This document shows, in pieces, positions 37,437 through 47,985 of a stretch of 64,000 bases of DNA. Position numbers and translations under genes: made by a program. The number at the start of each line of letters is the position of its first letter. Position 1 is the first letter of the stretch. The notes beneath the pieces were generated by a model. That model saw only the letters and a program-made list of their open reading frames with translations, was not told the DNA's origin and made no database searches. This DNA comes from Bacteroidia bacterium (GTDB lineage: Bacteria > Bacteroidota > Bacteroidia > AKYH767-A > 2013-40CM-41-45). The stretch is taken from assembly GCA_035341855.1 (NCBI GenBank), contig DAOQWA010000002.1:17189-81188 (forward strand), read 5' to 3'.

Positions 37437-39824
37437 ATGAAATCGCTATTAGTAGTCGCAAGTATATTATTCACACAATTCATTTCGGCTCAAAATCTTC
37501 AATTTAGAAGTAACCTGTCTTATGGTTCTACAGCCTTGGCAAATATTGGCGGGTACACTGACAGTCTTGACAATGAATATGCCTTAGTTGGAACGGAAGA
37601 AGGTTTAGATATTGTTGATGTCACAGATCCTGATAATCCTGCTATAGTTTTTTCTGTCCCGGGACCAACAAACACCTGGAGAGAAGTAAAGACCTATAGA
37701 AAATTTGCATATGTGACAACAGAAGGAGGAGGCGGCTTAACAGTAGTAGATCTAAGCCAGCTACCGGCTAATGTTTCTTATCATCAGTATACAGGAGATG
37801 GACTGATTTCAGGGCAGCTTAGTTCGATACATGCTTTACATTGTGATACTGCCATGGGATATCTCTATTTATATGGCAGTAACATTGGCCAGGGTCATAC
37901 CTTGTTTCTCGATCTTAATGACCCGGCCAATCCGGTTTATGCAGGAGAATATATATTTCCCGGAGGTGGTAATGACTCTTATGTGCACGATGGCTATGTT
38001 GAAAACGATACCATGTATGAAGGACATATATATGGTGGCTTTTTTGCAGTCGTTGATGTGAGAAATAAATCAAATCCTGTCCTGCTTGCAACACAAACGA
38101 CCCCAACAGCTTTTACACACAATACCTGGCTTTCTGATGATCACAAAACATTGTTCACCACAGATGAAAATAATTTTTCTTTCCTGGGAGCATTCGACAT
38201 TTCTGACTTGTCTAATATTCGTGAGATCTCAAGATTCCAGACGGCTTCCGGCACCGGTGCAGTAGTCCATAATACACATATTCTTAATGATTTTGCAGTG
38301 ACATCATGGTATAAAGAAGGAGTAGTAATTACGGATGTGAGTCGTCCTGCTAATCCTATTGAAGTTGGAAAATATGATACCTATGCACAAGGTAGCGGCA
38401 CCGGACAGGTGGGCTGCTGGGGTGTCTATCCTTATTTGCCTTCCGGAACTATCGTAGCTTCTGACATGGTGAACGGACTCTATGTATTAACTCCAACCTA
38501 TGTTCGTGGATGTTATTTGGAAGGAATTGTAAGTGATTCAGTCTCTTCTGTAATTATTCCGGGAGCAACAGTTCAGATCACTGGTACCTCTGCGATTCGC
38601 ACTACCAATTCAGGTGGTGAATATAAAACGGGGCTTGCCGATGCTGGATCATACGATGTCGAAGTTTCTAAACCGGGCTACATTACAAAAACTATTAGCG
38701 GAGTGTCTTTGGTGAATGGTGTTCTCACAACCCTTGATGTTGAACTTTCTCCCATACCAACATTTGCAGTGACCGGAACTATTCTGGATAGCTTATCGGG
38801 AATGCCGATAGAGAATGCATTCGTTCAAATCGAAAATAGTGATTTCAATTTCAGTGCCATGACTGATGCAGCCGGACAGTTTACAATAAATGGTCTGATC
38901 TCAGGAACATATGATATAACCAGTGGCAAATGGGGATATGTATCGAAGTGTTTCACACAAAACTTTAGTGGTGCAATGCCACTACAAATGGAACTACTCA
39001 TTGGCTACTACGATGACTTTACTTTTGATTACAACTGGACTGTTGGAGGCTCATCTGCCAATGCATGGGAAAGAGGAGTACCGATTGGTAGTTTTGATGG
39101 AGGAGCGAATATCATCAATCCTGACGTGGATGCATCTGGAGATTGTTCCAACAAATGTTATGTGACGGACAATGGAACAGGACCCTATAGTAATCATGAT
39201 GTCGACAACGGTAATACGATGCTCACATCTCCAATTTTTGATGCAACGATCTATGTAAATCCGAGCATCGAATATGCTCGCTGGTTTGTGAATACAGGCG
39301 GTAGCGGATCACCAAACGATTCAATGAATATTTATTTGTCCAATGGAACGGATATTGTTCTCATCGAATCAGTAACACTTTCATCGCCGGGAGTTGCATC
39401 ATGGTATGATAGTAATCATCTTATCAGTAGTTTTCTGACTGTAACTCCGACAATGCAGGTAATGGTTGACGTTAATGATGGAAATCCGGGACATATCCTG
39501 GAAGGAGGGCTAGATCATTTCCGTATCAGCGGTATGTTGAATGTGGGTGTGAAAAACTTTGCCACTCCAAATTTGGCACAGATAAATGTCTACCCGAATC
39601 CGTTCGGTTCCTCTACTATTATACGATTTAGCAAGCTTGATGCATCTGCAGACAGTAAGATTGAATTACTTGACGTACTTGGACGCACACTCGAATCTCA
39701 TCCTATCCTCAGAAAAGCTGAGGGAGAAATATCAGTTGGTGAAGATTTGACTGCCGGCATTTATTTCGTAAGGATCCTGTCCGGTGGCACGTATTCTGAG
39801 AGTGCAAGGATTATCAAAAACTGA
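37437..39824 (+). CDS. secreted T9SS cargo protein with LVIVD-repeat beta-propeller, carboxypeptidase-regulatory-like domain and C-terminal T9SS sorting domain
   Basis: Signal peptide, LVGTEEGLDIVDVTDPDNP-type LVIVD repeats, C-terminal VYPNPF...GIYFVRI Por-secretion tail. Confidence 0.75.
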   Translation: MKSLLVVASILFTQFISAQNLQFRSNLSYGSTALANIGGYTDSLDNEYALVGTEEGLDIVDVTDPDNPAIVFSVPGPTNTWREVKTYRKFAYVTTEGGGGLTVVDLSQLPANVSYHQYTGDGLISGQLSSIHALHCDTAMGYLYLYGSNIGQGHTLFLDLNDPANPVYAGEYIFPGGGNDSYVHDGYVENDTMYEGHIYGGFFAVVDVRNKSNPVLLATQTTPTAFTHNTWLSDDHKTLFTTDENNFSFLGAFDISDLSNIREISRFQTASGTGAVVHNTHILNDFAVTSWYKEGVVITDVSRPANPIEVGKYDTYAQGSGTGQVGCWGVYPYLPSGTIVASDMVNGLYVLTPTYVRGCYLEGIVSDSVSSVIIPGATVQITGTSAIRTTNSGGEYKTGLADAGSYDVEVSKPGYITKTISGVSLVNGVLTTLDVELSPIPTFAVTGTILDSLSGMPIENAFVQIENSDFNFSAMTDAAGQFTINGLISGTYDITSGKWGYVSKCFTQNFSGAMPLQMELLIGYYDDFTFDYNWTVGGSSANAWERGVPIGSFDGGANIINPDVDASGDCSNKCYVTDNGTGPYSNHDVDNGNTMLTSPIFDATIYVNPSIEYARWFVNTGGSGSPNDSMNIYLSNGTDIVLIESVTLSSPGVASWYDSNHLISSFLTVTPTMQVMVDVNDGNPGHILEGGLDHFRISGMLNVGVKNFATPNLAQINVYPNPFGSSTIIRFSKLDASADSKIELLDVLGRTLESHPILRKAEGEISVGEDLTAGIYFVRILSGGTYSESARIIKN

Positions 39825-39945
39825 TCCCGGTGCATCCTCTGATTTACCGAAAATAAGCAGCTTCTCTTGATCAAATTATTGTTCATTTCCTGCGTTCAAG
39901 CCTTGATTTTGAATGGGAAAGGAATAGAAAATTGATTACCTTTGC

Positions 39946-40776
39946 ATGCTAATGAAATTAAAAATATCATTTATCTTATTGATTTTCAGCGTATTGACTG
40001 TCGGATGTAGTAATTACAACCGGGTCCTGAAAGGCAATGATATGGATGCCAAAATGGAAGCTGCCATTCGTTACTACAATAAAGGCGATTATTATAAGGC
40101 CCTTCCATTATTTGAAGAGTTGAATGCTGTTTACCGGGGTACCAGAAAAGCTGAGAAAACTTATTACTATTTCGCTTATACAAATTACCGCCTTGGAGAT
40201 TACCAGTCTGCTGCATATGATTTTGACATATTCTCCAAAACATATCCAACGAGTGAGTACGCGGAAGAATGTGCTTTCATGCATGCATATTGCTATTATG
40301 AGGACTCTCCTGAGTATTCACTTGATCAGACAAACACGTATACAGCAATCAACGAACTACAGTTATTTGCCGATAAATATCCGAGAAGCACCAGGATACC
40401 TGAGTGCAATAAGCTCATAGATCAGCTTCGCGAAAAACTTGAAACAAAAACGTACGAGACAGCACGCCTGTACTACAACATGGAGTATTATAAAGCTGCA
40501 ACAACAACTTTTCAAAATCTATTGCATGATTTTCCATCCACCAAGTACAGAGAAAATGCATTATTCCTTTCATTCAAGGCGGCTTACCTTTATGCTGAAG
40601 GAAGTATAGAAACAAAAAGAGAAGGGCGGTACAACGATGCCCTCAGATCATTTGGAGAATTCAATGTAGCCTTTCCTGAAAGTAAGCATATGAAGGAAGC
40701 AATGGATATTTCTGAACAAATAAAAAGGAAACTGGATAAAATCCCGTCAGATGACGGAGTAAGCTCTATAAACTAA
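39946..40776 (+). CDS. bamD: outer membrane protein assembly factor BamD (TPR lipoprotein)
   Basis: Lipoprotein signal LTVGCS and TPR-like YYNKGDYYKALPLFEEL. bamD-rpoZ-coaBC synteny. Confidence 0.8.
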   Translation: MLMKLKISFILLIFSVLTVGCSNYNRVLKGNDMDAKMEAAIRYYNKGDYYKALPLFEELNAVYRGTRKAEKTYYYFAYTNYRLGDYQSAAYDFDIFSKTYPTSEYAEECAFMHAYCYYEDSPEYSLDQTNTYTAINELQLFADKYPRSTRIPECNKLIDQLREKLETKTYETARLYYNMEYYKAATTTFQNLLHDFPSTKYRENALFLSFKAAYLYAEGSIETKREGRYNDALRSFGEFNVAFPESKHMKEAMDISEQIKRKLDKIPSDDGVSSIN

Positions 40777-40794
40777 AATAATAATCGCCATACC

Positions 40795-41118
40795 ATGAGT
40801 TACAAATCAGACGTTACAACTACTGTAACAAGAAACATTCCTGAGTTCGATGCAGAAACAGGAAATCTATATGAATCTCTCGTTGTCATAGCCAAGCGTG
40901 CAAATCAAATCTCTTCAGAAATGAAAGAAGAACTGAATGCGAAGCTGTCTGAATTCAATACCAGCTCCGACAATCTTGAAGAAATTTTTGAAAATCGCGA
41001 GCAGATAGAAATTTCTAAATACTATGAGCGTTTGCCAAAACCGACGCTGATCGCAATCCAGGAGTTTCAGGAGGATAAAATATACTTCCGTAAACCTGCA
41101 AATGAAGAGATCATCTGA
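40795..41118 (+). CDS. rpoZ: DNA-directed RNA polymerase subunit omega
   Basis: NLYESLVVIAKRANQI matches the omega core (RYxLVxxAAKRARQ). Position between bamD and coaBC. Confidence 0.7.
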   Translation: MSYKSDVTTTVTRNIPEFDAETGNLYESLVVIAKRANQISSEMKEELNAKLSEFNTSSDNLEEIFENREQIEISKYYERLPKPTLIAIQEFQEDKIYFRKPANEEII

Positions 41119-41209
41119 TCCATGAATTTTATTTGTTGATCAGATAAAAAATCCAAGACCCATGTTTTGGATTTTTTTAATTGAAGTCAGCAAGAGCATA
41201 GAATTATCA

Positions 41210-42403
41210 ATGCAAGGAAAAAAAATAATCGTAGGTCTAACAGGAAGCATCGCTGCATATAAATCTGCCATGCTGGTGCGATTATTGATCAAAGCCGGGG
41301 CTCATGTAAAAGTAATCATGACACCTGCGGCGAAGGATTTTATCACTCCGCTAACTTTATCGGTTTTATCCAAGGATGATGTTCTAACCGACACATTTGA
41401 TGACAAGACCGGAAGATGGACGAATCATGTTGATCTTGGATTGTGGGCAGATGCAATGATTATCGCACCTGCAACTGCAAATACCATTGGCAAGATGACA
41501 AGCGGTGTCTGCGATAATTTACTCTTGATGACTTATCTTTCTGCAAGATGCGACGTCTTTATTGCACCGGCAATGGATCTTGACATGTGGAAGCATGTTT
41601 CTACCCAACACAATTTAAAAACACTAGCAGATCGGGGAGTTAAAGTAATCTCGCCGACTGAAGGAGAATTGGCCAGTGGCTTGTCTGGTGAAGGCCGAAT
41701 GGAAGAACCTGAAGCGATTTTTAACCAACTGAATTTTCAATTTCAAAAAGGACTTCCGCTGTCAGGAAAAAAGGCAATGGTGACTGCAGGACCAACCTAC
41801 GAAGCCATCGACCCTGTCCGTTTTATTGGCAATCGATCTTCAGGAACAATGGGATTTAAAATTGCTGAAGAACTTGCAAGACAAGGTGCTTCAGTCACCT
41901 TGATCTCCGGTCCGACTAGCTTACATTTGGCAAATCCGCGTATACAGAGAATTGATGTTGAAACTGCAGATGAGATGCTATTAGCCTGCCGGAAATTTGC
42001 TCCCGAAGCTGATTTGATAATTATGTCTGCTGCCGTTGCCGATTACAGACCTTCCGAAGTATCAGAAACAAAAATTAAAAAGGGAATAAAGCCACATGAA
42101 ATTGAGTTGGAGACAACTGTCGATATTCTTACTGAGCTCGGAAAAACAAAGAAGAAAGGACAAGCATTGGTTGGCTTTGCTCTTGAAACTAACAATGAAT
42201 TAGAGAATGCCAAAGGCAAATTGAAGAAAAAAAATCTTGATTACATCATTTTGAATTCTCTGAATGATGAAGGTGCCGGGTTTGGAACCTCAACTAATAA
42301 AATAAGCATTATTGATCAGTCAGAAAATGTTACTGCATATGACATCAAATCAAAATCTGAGGTTGCACGAGACATCGTGGATTACCTCATAACAAGAATA
42401 TAG
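41210..42403 (+). CDS. coaBC: bifunctional phosphopantothenoylcysteine decarboxylase / phosphopantothenate-cysteine ligase
   Basis: KKIIVGLTGSIAAYKS flavoprotein N-terminus and a C-terminal CoaB domain. Start trimmed to MQGKK. Confidence 0.9.
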   Translation: MQGKKIIVGLTGSIAAYKSAMLVRLLIKAGAHVKVIMTPAAKDFITPLTLSVLSKDDVLTDTFDDKTGRWTNHVDLGLWADAMIIAPATANTIGKMTSGVCDNLLLMTYLSARCDVFIAPAMDLDMWKHVSTQHNLKTLADRGVKVISPTEGELASGLSGEGRMEEPEAIFNQLNFQFQKGLPLSGKKAMVTAGPTYEAIDPVRFIGNRSSGTMGFKIAEELARQGASVTLISGPTSLHLANPRIQRIDVETADEMLLACRKFAPEADLIIMSAAVADYRPSEVSETKIKKGIKPHEIELETTVDILTELGKTKKKGQALVGFALETNNELENAKGKLKKKNLDYIILNSLNDEGAGFGTSTNKISIIDQSENVTAYDIKSKSEVARDIVDYLITRI

Positions 42404-42474
42404 TTTTAATCATTTAAAGACAGGTACACGTTTCAAAATTATCTATTACGTTGTCCATACTTAAACTCATACAC

Positions 42475-43389
42475 ATGCAAATAGATGCAAAGAAATTTTT
42501 AAGTATTATTATTTGTTTCATTTATTTCAATGGAAGTCAGGCTCAGGAACTCAACTGTTCTGTTTCAGTTTTATCTCCTCAAATTCAAGCAAGCGATAAA
42601 ACTATCTATGAAACTTTGCAGACTTCAATTCGGGAATTCATGAATAACAGAACCTGGACTAATGATCAATTCCTCAACCAGGAAAGGATTGAATGCAGTA
42701 TCATCATTACCATTTCAGAGCGTACATCTGTAGATGCTTTCAAGGCGAACATTCAGATCCAGTCAAGACGTCCGGTTTATCAGTCTTCGTTTTATGCTCC
42801 ATTATTCAACCATCAGGATAATGATTTTTCCTTTAAATATATTCAGGATCAGGTTCTGGAATTGGATGAGGCAGACATCACCTCAAATCTTACGGCAGTT
42901 CTGGCATATTATGCCTACCTGATAATAGGCTTGGACTATGACTCCTTTTCACCTGAAGGTGGAACGCCTTATTTTGTGAAGGCCCAAAATATTGTCAATA
43001 ATTCAACCCGACTGGCTGAACGTGGATGGAAGGCATTTGAAAGTTCAAGAAACCGTTACTGGATTACCGAAAATTTGCTAAACTCTTCTTTTAGTCCCCT
43101 CAGAATTACTATGTACAATTATCACCGCCGGGGTCTTGATAAGATGACAGATAATGCTTTAGAAGCCAGACAAGTCATCTCTGAAAGTCTGAAAGACCTC
43201 AGAAGAGTATATGCGGATAAGCCAAATTCATTTTTGATGCAAGTTTTTTTCAATGCCAAAGCTGATGAAATTGTAAACATCTATTCTCAGGCTCAAATTG
43301 ACGAAAAGAATCAGATTGTTCCGATATTATCCTTAATAGATCCGGCAAATACATTAAAATACCAGGGAATCCTGGCTAGCGGACAATAA
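42475..43389 (+). CDS. DUF4835-like secreted protein (hypothetical)
   Basis: Signal peptide. Conserved position downstream of coaBC in Bacteroidetes. Identification from memory only. Confidence 0.5.
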   Translation: MQIDAKKFLSIIICFIYFNGSQAQELNCSVSVLSPQIQASDKTIYETLQTSIREFMNNRTWTNDQFLNQERIECSIIITISERTSVDAFKANIQIQSRRPVYQSSFYAPLFNHQDNDFSFKYIQDQVLELDEADITSNLTAVLAYYAYLIIGLDYDSFSPEGGTPYFVKAQNIVNNSTRLAERGWKAFESSRNRYWITENLLNSSFSPLRITMYNYHRRGLDKMTDNALEARQVISESLKDLRRVYADKPNSFLMQVFFNAKADEIVNIYSQAQIDEKNQIVPILSLIDPANTLKYQGILASGQ

Positions 43390-43421
43390 TAAATTAAATT
43401 AAAATTTAGAATACAGAAATT

Positions 43422-44522
43422 ATGGCCTTGAGATGTGGAATAGTGGGACTACCAAACGTTGGAAAATCTACACTTTTTAATTGTCTATCGAATGCAAAAG
43501 CCCAGGCGGCGAACTTTCCATTTTGTACCATAGAACCTAACGTTGGGGTCATTACAGTTCCGGATGAGCGACTGGTAGAATTGGAACGCTTAGTAAAACC
43601 ACAAAGAGTTTTACCAACTACCATCGAAATAGTTGATATTGCAGGTCTCGTAAAAGGTGCCAGCAAAGGCGAGGGCTTAGGTAACCAATTTCTCAGTAAC
43701 ATCAGGGAATGTGACGCAATTATCCATGTAGTACGTTGCTTTGAAGACCCAAATGTGGTTCACGTTGATGGTAAAATTAATCCTGTCAGAGATAAGGAAA
43801 CGATAGATACTGAGCTCCAGTTAAAAGATCTTGAATCTGTTGACAGGAAGATCAGCAGAATGGAAAAAGTTGCAAAAGCCGGAACAGATAAAGAAGCAAA
43901 AAAAGCTCTGGAAGTTTTAGCCATTTATAAACAACATCTTGAACAAGGAAAATCTGCCAGAAGCGCCGATGTGAGTCAGGATGATCAGCGTTTCATAGCC
44001 GACATTTTTTTACTTACTGCAAAACCTGTGATGTATGTTTGTAATGTTGATGAAGCATCAGTCATCACCGGAAATGCTCTTGTGGATCAACTGAAAGAAT
44101 CGGTAAAAGGTGAAAATGCGGAAGTCCTGGTAATCGCTGCAGCAATTGAAGCTGAGATCACAATGCTTGAGAGCTTTGAAGACCGTCAGGCATTTCTTTC
44201 TGACCTTGGATTGAAAGAATCAGGGGTGACAAAACTTATTCGTGCTGCTTATCGATTATTGAATTTACAGACTTACTTTACTGCTGGAGAAAAAGAAGTA
44301 AGAGCCTGGACCATTACAAAAGGTATGCTGGCTCCTCAGGCTGCAGCCGTGATCCATACTGATTTTGAAAAAGGATTTATTAAAGCTGAAGTAATCCATT
44401 ACGAGGACTTTCTAAAATATGGATCAGAAGCCGGTTGCAGGGATGCAGGGAAGTTAAGTATAGAAGGAAAGGAATATCTGGTTGATGATGGAGACATTAT
44501 GCATTTCCGCTTCAATGTATAG
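43422..44522 (+). CDS. ychF: redox-regulated ribosome-binding ATPase YchF
   Basis: GIVGLPNVGKSTLFN P-loop, 366 aa, TGS C-terminal domain. Confidence 0.92.
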   Translation: MALRCGIVGLPNVGKSTLFNCLSNAKAQAANFPFCTIEPNVGVITVPDERLVELERLVKPQRVLPTTIEIVDIAGLVKGASKGEGLGNQFLSNIRECDAIIHVVRCFEDPNVVHVDGKINPVRDKETIDTELQLKDLESVDRKISRMEKVAKAGTDKEAKKALEVLAIYKQHLEQGKSARSADVSQDDQRFIADIFLLTAKPVMYVCNVDEASVITGNALVDQLKESVKGENAEVLVIAAAIEAEITMLESFEDRQAFLSDLGLKESGVTKLIRAAYRLLNLQTYFTAGEKEVRAWTITKGMLAPQAAAVIHTDFEKGFIKAEVIHYEDFLKYGSEAGCRDAGKLSIEGKEYLVDDGDIMHFRFNV

Positions 44523-44530
44523 TCCGGTTT

Positions 44531-45166
44531 TTGACTAACACTATGAAATTAACTTTACTTATCATCATTGTAACTTCTGCTGTATCGATTTTGGCCTTCC
44601 AAAACAGAAGTTTGATGGATCGATATATTTTCAATCCTTTTATCATTCAGAACAGAAAAGAATGGTTCAGATTTATAAGTAGCGGTTTTCTTCATGCCGA
44701 TTGGATTCACTTATTGGTGAACATGTTCGTGCTCTTTTCATTTGGTTTTGTTTTGGAAGATTATTTTCAGGTGCTCTTTGAAGGACGGGCAGAAGTATAT
44801 TTTCTGCTACTATACATCGGTGGTATGATGAGCTCTGTACTTCCGACCTATAAAAAGCAAAAAGATAATCCTGCATACAATGCCTTGGGTGCATCCGGGG
44901 CTGTATCTGCAATAGTCTTTTCATTTATACTCTTTAACCCCTTACAAAAATTATGTCTTTACGGAGTGTTATGCCTCCCTGGAATTATTTTTGGTGTCGC
45001 ATATCTCGTCTACTGTTACTATATGGCCAAAAAGGGTGGAGGAACCATAAATCACGATGCTCATCTCTGGGGTGCTCTTTATGGATTTTTCTTTACAATA
45101 ATATTGAAACCGGTACTCTTTCTTAATTTTATACAGCAGTTAATCCATACCACAAATGCACTTTAG
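44531..45166 (+). CDS. rhomboid family intramembrane serine protease
   Basis: GASGAVSAIVF serine motif and HDAHLWGALYGFF histidine helix. Confidence 0.78.
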   Translation: MTNTMKLTLLIIIVTSAVSILAFQNRSLMDRYIFNPFIIQNRKEWFRFISSGFLHADWIHLLVNMFVLFSFGFVLEDYFQVLFEGRAEVYFLLLYIGGMMSSVLPTYKKQKDNPAYNALGASGAVSAIVFSFILFNPLQKLCLYGVLCLPGIIFGVAYLVYCYYMAKKGGGTINHDAHLWGALYGFFFTIILKPVLFLNFIQQLIHTTNAL

Positions 45167-45650
45167 CCAACGGAAAGTCATATTTTTGGATCGTGATGGT
45201 GTGATCAACAAAGAAAGAGGGGAGTTTACCTGGAAACTGGAGGATTTTATTTTGAATGATCATCTCTTTGAAGCTTTAAACATTCTAAAAAAAAATGCTT
45301 ACGAATTTGTCATCATCAGTAATCAAAGTGGCATAGCACGGGGGCTATATAATTTTGATGACGTCGAATTCCTGCATCATCAACTTATTAGAATTGCAGC
45401 ATCCAATGGCATAAAATTTCTCGAAATTTATTATTGTCCTCACCACCCGGATAAAAGCCGCTGTATATGCCGTAAGCCCGGATCTTTAATGTTGGAAAAA
45501 GCCATAGCACGATTTAATGTTGACAAAACTAAAAGTTGGTTTATCGGTGATGCAGAGAGGGATATCGAGGCTGCAAACAAAGCAGGAATTCAATCTATTC
45601 TAATTCAAGCCAATTCATCACTATTGGATATTGTACCTCTTCTCCAATAA
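45156..45650 (+). CDS. gmhB: HAD-IIIA phosphatase, D-glycero-D-manno-heptose-1,7-bisphosphate 7-phosphatase-like
   Basis: FLDRDGVIN motif I, CPHHPDKSRCICRKPG zinc-binding loop, GDAERD motif. Confidence 0.7.
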   Translation: MHFSQRKVIFLDRDGVINKERGEFTWKLEDFILNDHLFEALNILKKNAYEFVIISNQSGIARGLYNFDDVEFLHHQLIRIAASNGIKFLEIYYCPHHPDKSRCICRKPGSLMLEKAIARFNVDKTKSWFIGDAERDIEAANKAGIQSILIQANSSLLDIVPLLQ

Positions 45651-45732
45651 ACTTAGCACGTAAAAATAGTTGATTATTTTTTTTTAGGGTCGCGATATTA
45701 CCCGCAGACTCATGTACCTTTGTATATAGATT

Positions 45733-46593
45733 ATGCAGGGGCAAACTTTCATCAATTTCAACGGGAATATCATAGATTCAACACAACCCGTTTTTTCTTC
45801 TTCAAACCGGGCATTCCGGTATGGCGATGCGATCTTTGAGACGATCAGAATTATGAATGGAGAAATTCTGCATTTTGAAAGACATTTAAAACGCATGCAA
45901 AACAGCATGGACCTGCTGGGAATGCTGCCTCATGATGATCTTACGTTTCATAATTTGTATTTGTCTTTTCGCCACCTTGATCAGATAAATAATCTGAAAG
46001 GAAACGGCAGAATTCGCCTTGAAATATTCCGGAACGATGGTGGCTTATATACCCCTCAAACCAATGAAGTTTCCTACCTTATAGAAGCAAGTCCACTTGC
46101 AGCCCTGCGTTATGAAATGAATGATTCCGGAATCAGGATCGAAGTGTATAATGAAATACAAAAGCCTTTAAGCAAACTAAGCAACCTCAAATCATCGAAT
46201 GCACTATATTATGTAATGGCAGGATTGCATAACAGGAAGAGCGGAGGAGGAGATTGCCTTGTCTTAAACACACACGGAAGAATTGCTGAAGCAATTAGTT
46301 CGAATGTGTTTTTATTATCCGGAAAAAAAGTTTTAACACCGGCTCTCACCGAAGCTTGTGTTTCCGGGATAATGAGAGAAACCTTAATTGATCATCTTGC
46401 ACAACAAGGTATAAAAGTTGTAGAGACCGGAATCGAAATAGAACATCTTCTTGAAGCTGATGAAATATTTCTTACTGACGTGATCCATGGCATGCGTTGG
46501 GTAAGTGCCTTCAGAAAAAAAAGGTACTTCAATAAATATTCTAAGAAATTACTCGAAGAAATACAAGTTGGGTTAGACATAAAAAAAGCCTGA
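45733..46593 (+). CDS. class IV aminotransferase (aminodeoxychorismate lyase / BCAT fold)
   Basis: FRYGDAIFETIRI N-terminus and a fold-type IV PLP pattern. Confidence 0.7.
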   Translation: MQGQTFINFNGNIIDSTQPVFSSSNRAFRYGDAIFETIRIMNGEILHFERHLKRMQNSMDLLGMLPHDDLTFHNLYLSFRHLDQINNLKGNGRIRLEIFRNDGGLYTPQTNEVSYLIEASPLAALRYEMNDSGIRIEVYNEIQKPLSKLSNLKSSNALYYVMAGLHNRKSGGGDCLVLNTHGRIAEAISSNVFLLSGKKVLTPALTEACVSGIMRETLIDHLAQQGIKVVETGIEIEHLLEADEIFLTDVIHGMRWVSAFRKKRYFNKYSKKLLEEIQVGLDIKKA

Positions 46594-46614
46594 GTGAAAA
46601 TCTCAGGCTTTTTA
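46586..46614. terminator. bidirectional rho-independent terminator between convergent genes
   Basis: AAGCCTGAG-tgaaaat-CTCAGGCTT stem flanked by an A-run and a T-run. Confidence 0.7.
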
Positions 46615-46630
46615 ATGTGTGGTATGAAGA

Positions 46631-47203
46631 TTACTTCTTAGCAGTAGGCTCCATAGTCTTAGCTAACTCATCAGCTGCAGCCATGTTTTGATCGCAAGAA
46701 CTTTTTGCCTCAGCATACGCTGTGTTCCAGCTTTCGAATCTGGCTTGAGCATCGCTCATTTGAGTTTTGAAATCAGCAAGACCTTTGATAGCATCTTGCG
46801 GGTTGATTTCACCTTTGCTAACTTTTGCCTGCCACTCGTTAAATTTCTGAGTAGTCTCATCCCAGGTAGTCTTGAAAGTTGAAAACTCACTTACCATGTT
46901 GTTCAGCTTAGAAGCATCTTCAGAAGATACTCTGGACATTTCAGCAATCTGATTTTTGATGGCTTCATCTTTAATGTTTGCTGAAGCGTTGATCATCTCA
47001 GCTTGTCTGGCAGAAAATTCAGTAGCCTGAGTAGCTGTTTCAGTCAATTGCTGGCTCCAAGTAGTGGCTTGCTCACCAAGAGCAGTCCATTCTGTGCCGA
47101 ATTGAGTGATTTCACTCATAGTTTTTTCGTCAATTTTGTTGGTGCAAGCCGAAAAGCTTAATGCACCGGCAATAATAAATGCTGCAATTGCTCTTGTTTT
47201 CAT
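46631..47203 (-). CDS. hypothetical coiled-coil lipoprotein
   Basis: Signal peptide with SACTN lipobox. Helical Q/E/A/T-rich body. Confidence 0.55.
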   Translation of the reverse strand: MKTRAIAAFIIAGALSFSACTNKIDEKTMSEITQFGTEWTALGEQATTWSQQLTETATQATEFSARQAEMINASANIKDEAIKNQIAEMSRVSSEDASKLNNMVSEFSTFKTTWDETTQKFNEWQAKVSKGEINPQDAIKGLADFKTQMSDAQARFESWNTAYAEAKSSCDQNMAAADELAKTMEPTAKK

Positions 47204-47319
47204 TTTTTAGTTTGTTTTGATGGTTTTTTGGTGATATTTAGGTGAGTTATAGGGTACAAAGTTATAAATTCAAGCGTTTTACCTGAGTTTTTCTTAAAAT
47301 GTTATTGACAATCTGACGT

Positions 47320-47922
47320 TTATTTCTTCTTAGAGTCCGGAAATATATTTCTGATATTGTCTATAGTACCATTTATTGCAGCCTTTTTGGGGAAAACACC
47401 TTGATTAGCCGCCCTGATGTCTTCTATGGAGTAAAAGGCTGATGGATTATAGCGCTGTATTATCTTGCGAATAAGCTCAATATCCTTTCTCTTAATGATT
47501 GTAAAAATGATCTTCACCGGACCTACAGCCCCTTGTCCGTCAATGATCGTAACCCCAAAATTCTCAGCTTTCAGGCCTGCAATTAGTTCCTCAGAATCCT
47601 GATGGATAATAATTCTCATGACCTGCATACCCAAGGCAAGCCTTCGTTCAACAAACATACCAACATATGTTCCTGCGGCAAATCCTGCAGCGAATCCAAG
47701 ATAGCAAAGTGGATTGTCCAGATGTTGCATAATCTGGCGCATAGAGATCAGCCAAATTAAAACTTCGAAAAAACCAATGATGGGTACTATGTTCTTAAAG
47801 CCTTTTGAAATAAAAACATTTCGCAATGTGCCTAATGTTACATCCGACATTCGCGCAAAGAATATCAGGATCGGAAGAACAACCCATCTGAAAAATTCAC
47901 TGTCTATAAAGCTTGCATCCAT
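47320..47922 (-). CDS. DUF2179 / UPF0316-family membrane protein (YitT-like)
   Basis: N-terminal TM helices plus a C-terminal DUF2179-like soluble domain. Confidence 0.6.
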   Translation of the reverse strand: MDASFIDSEFFRWVVLPILIFFARMSDVTLGTLRNVFISKGFKNIVPIIGFFEVLIWLISMRQIMQHLDNPLCYLGFAAGFAAGTYVGMFVERRLALGMQVMRIIIHQDSEELIAGLKAENFGVTIIDGQGAVGPVKIIFTIIKRKDIELIRKIIQRYNPSAFYSIEDIRAANQGVFPKKAAINGTIDNIRNIFPDSKKK

Positions 47923-47985
47923 TAACTCAATTCAATTTGTTATTTTAAATTAATTTCAAATTTTCATCCAAATAAATAATGAAGA

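Noticed and set aside
39937-39944. TAccTTTG -7 box-like motif upstream of bamD
   Set aside because: It ends only 1 nt before the annotated ATG (7 nt before the next ATG). That leaves no room for a transcription start or leader. It is probably a coincidental match.
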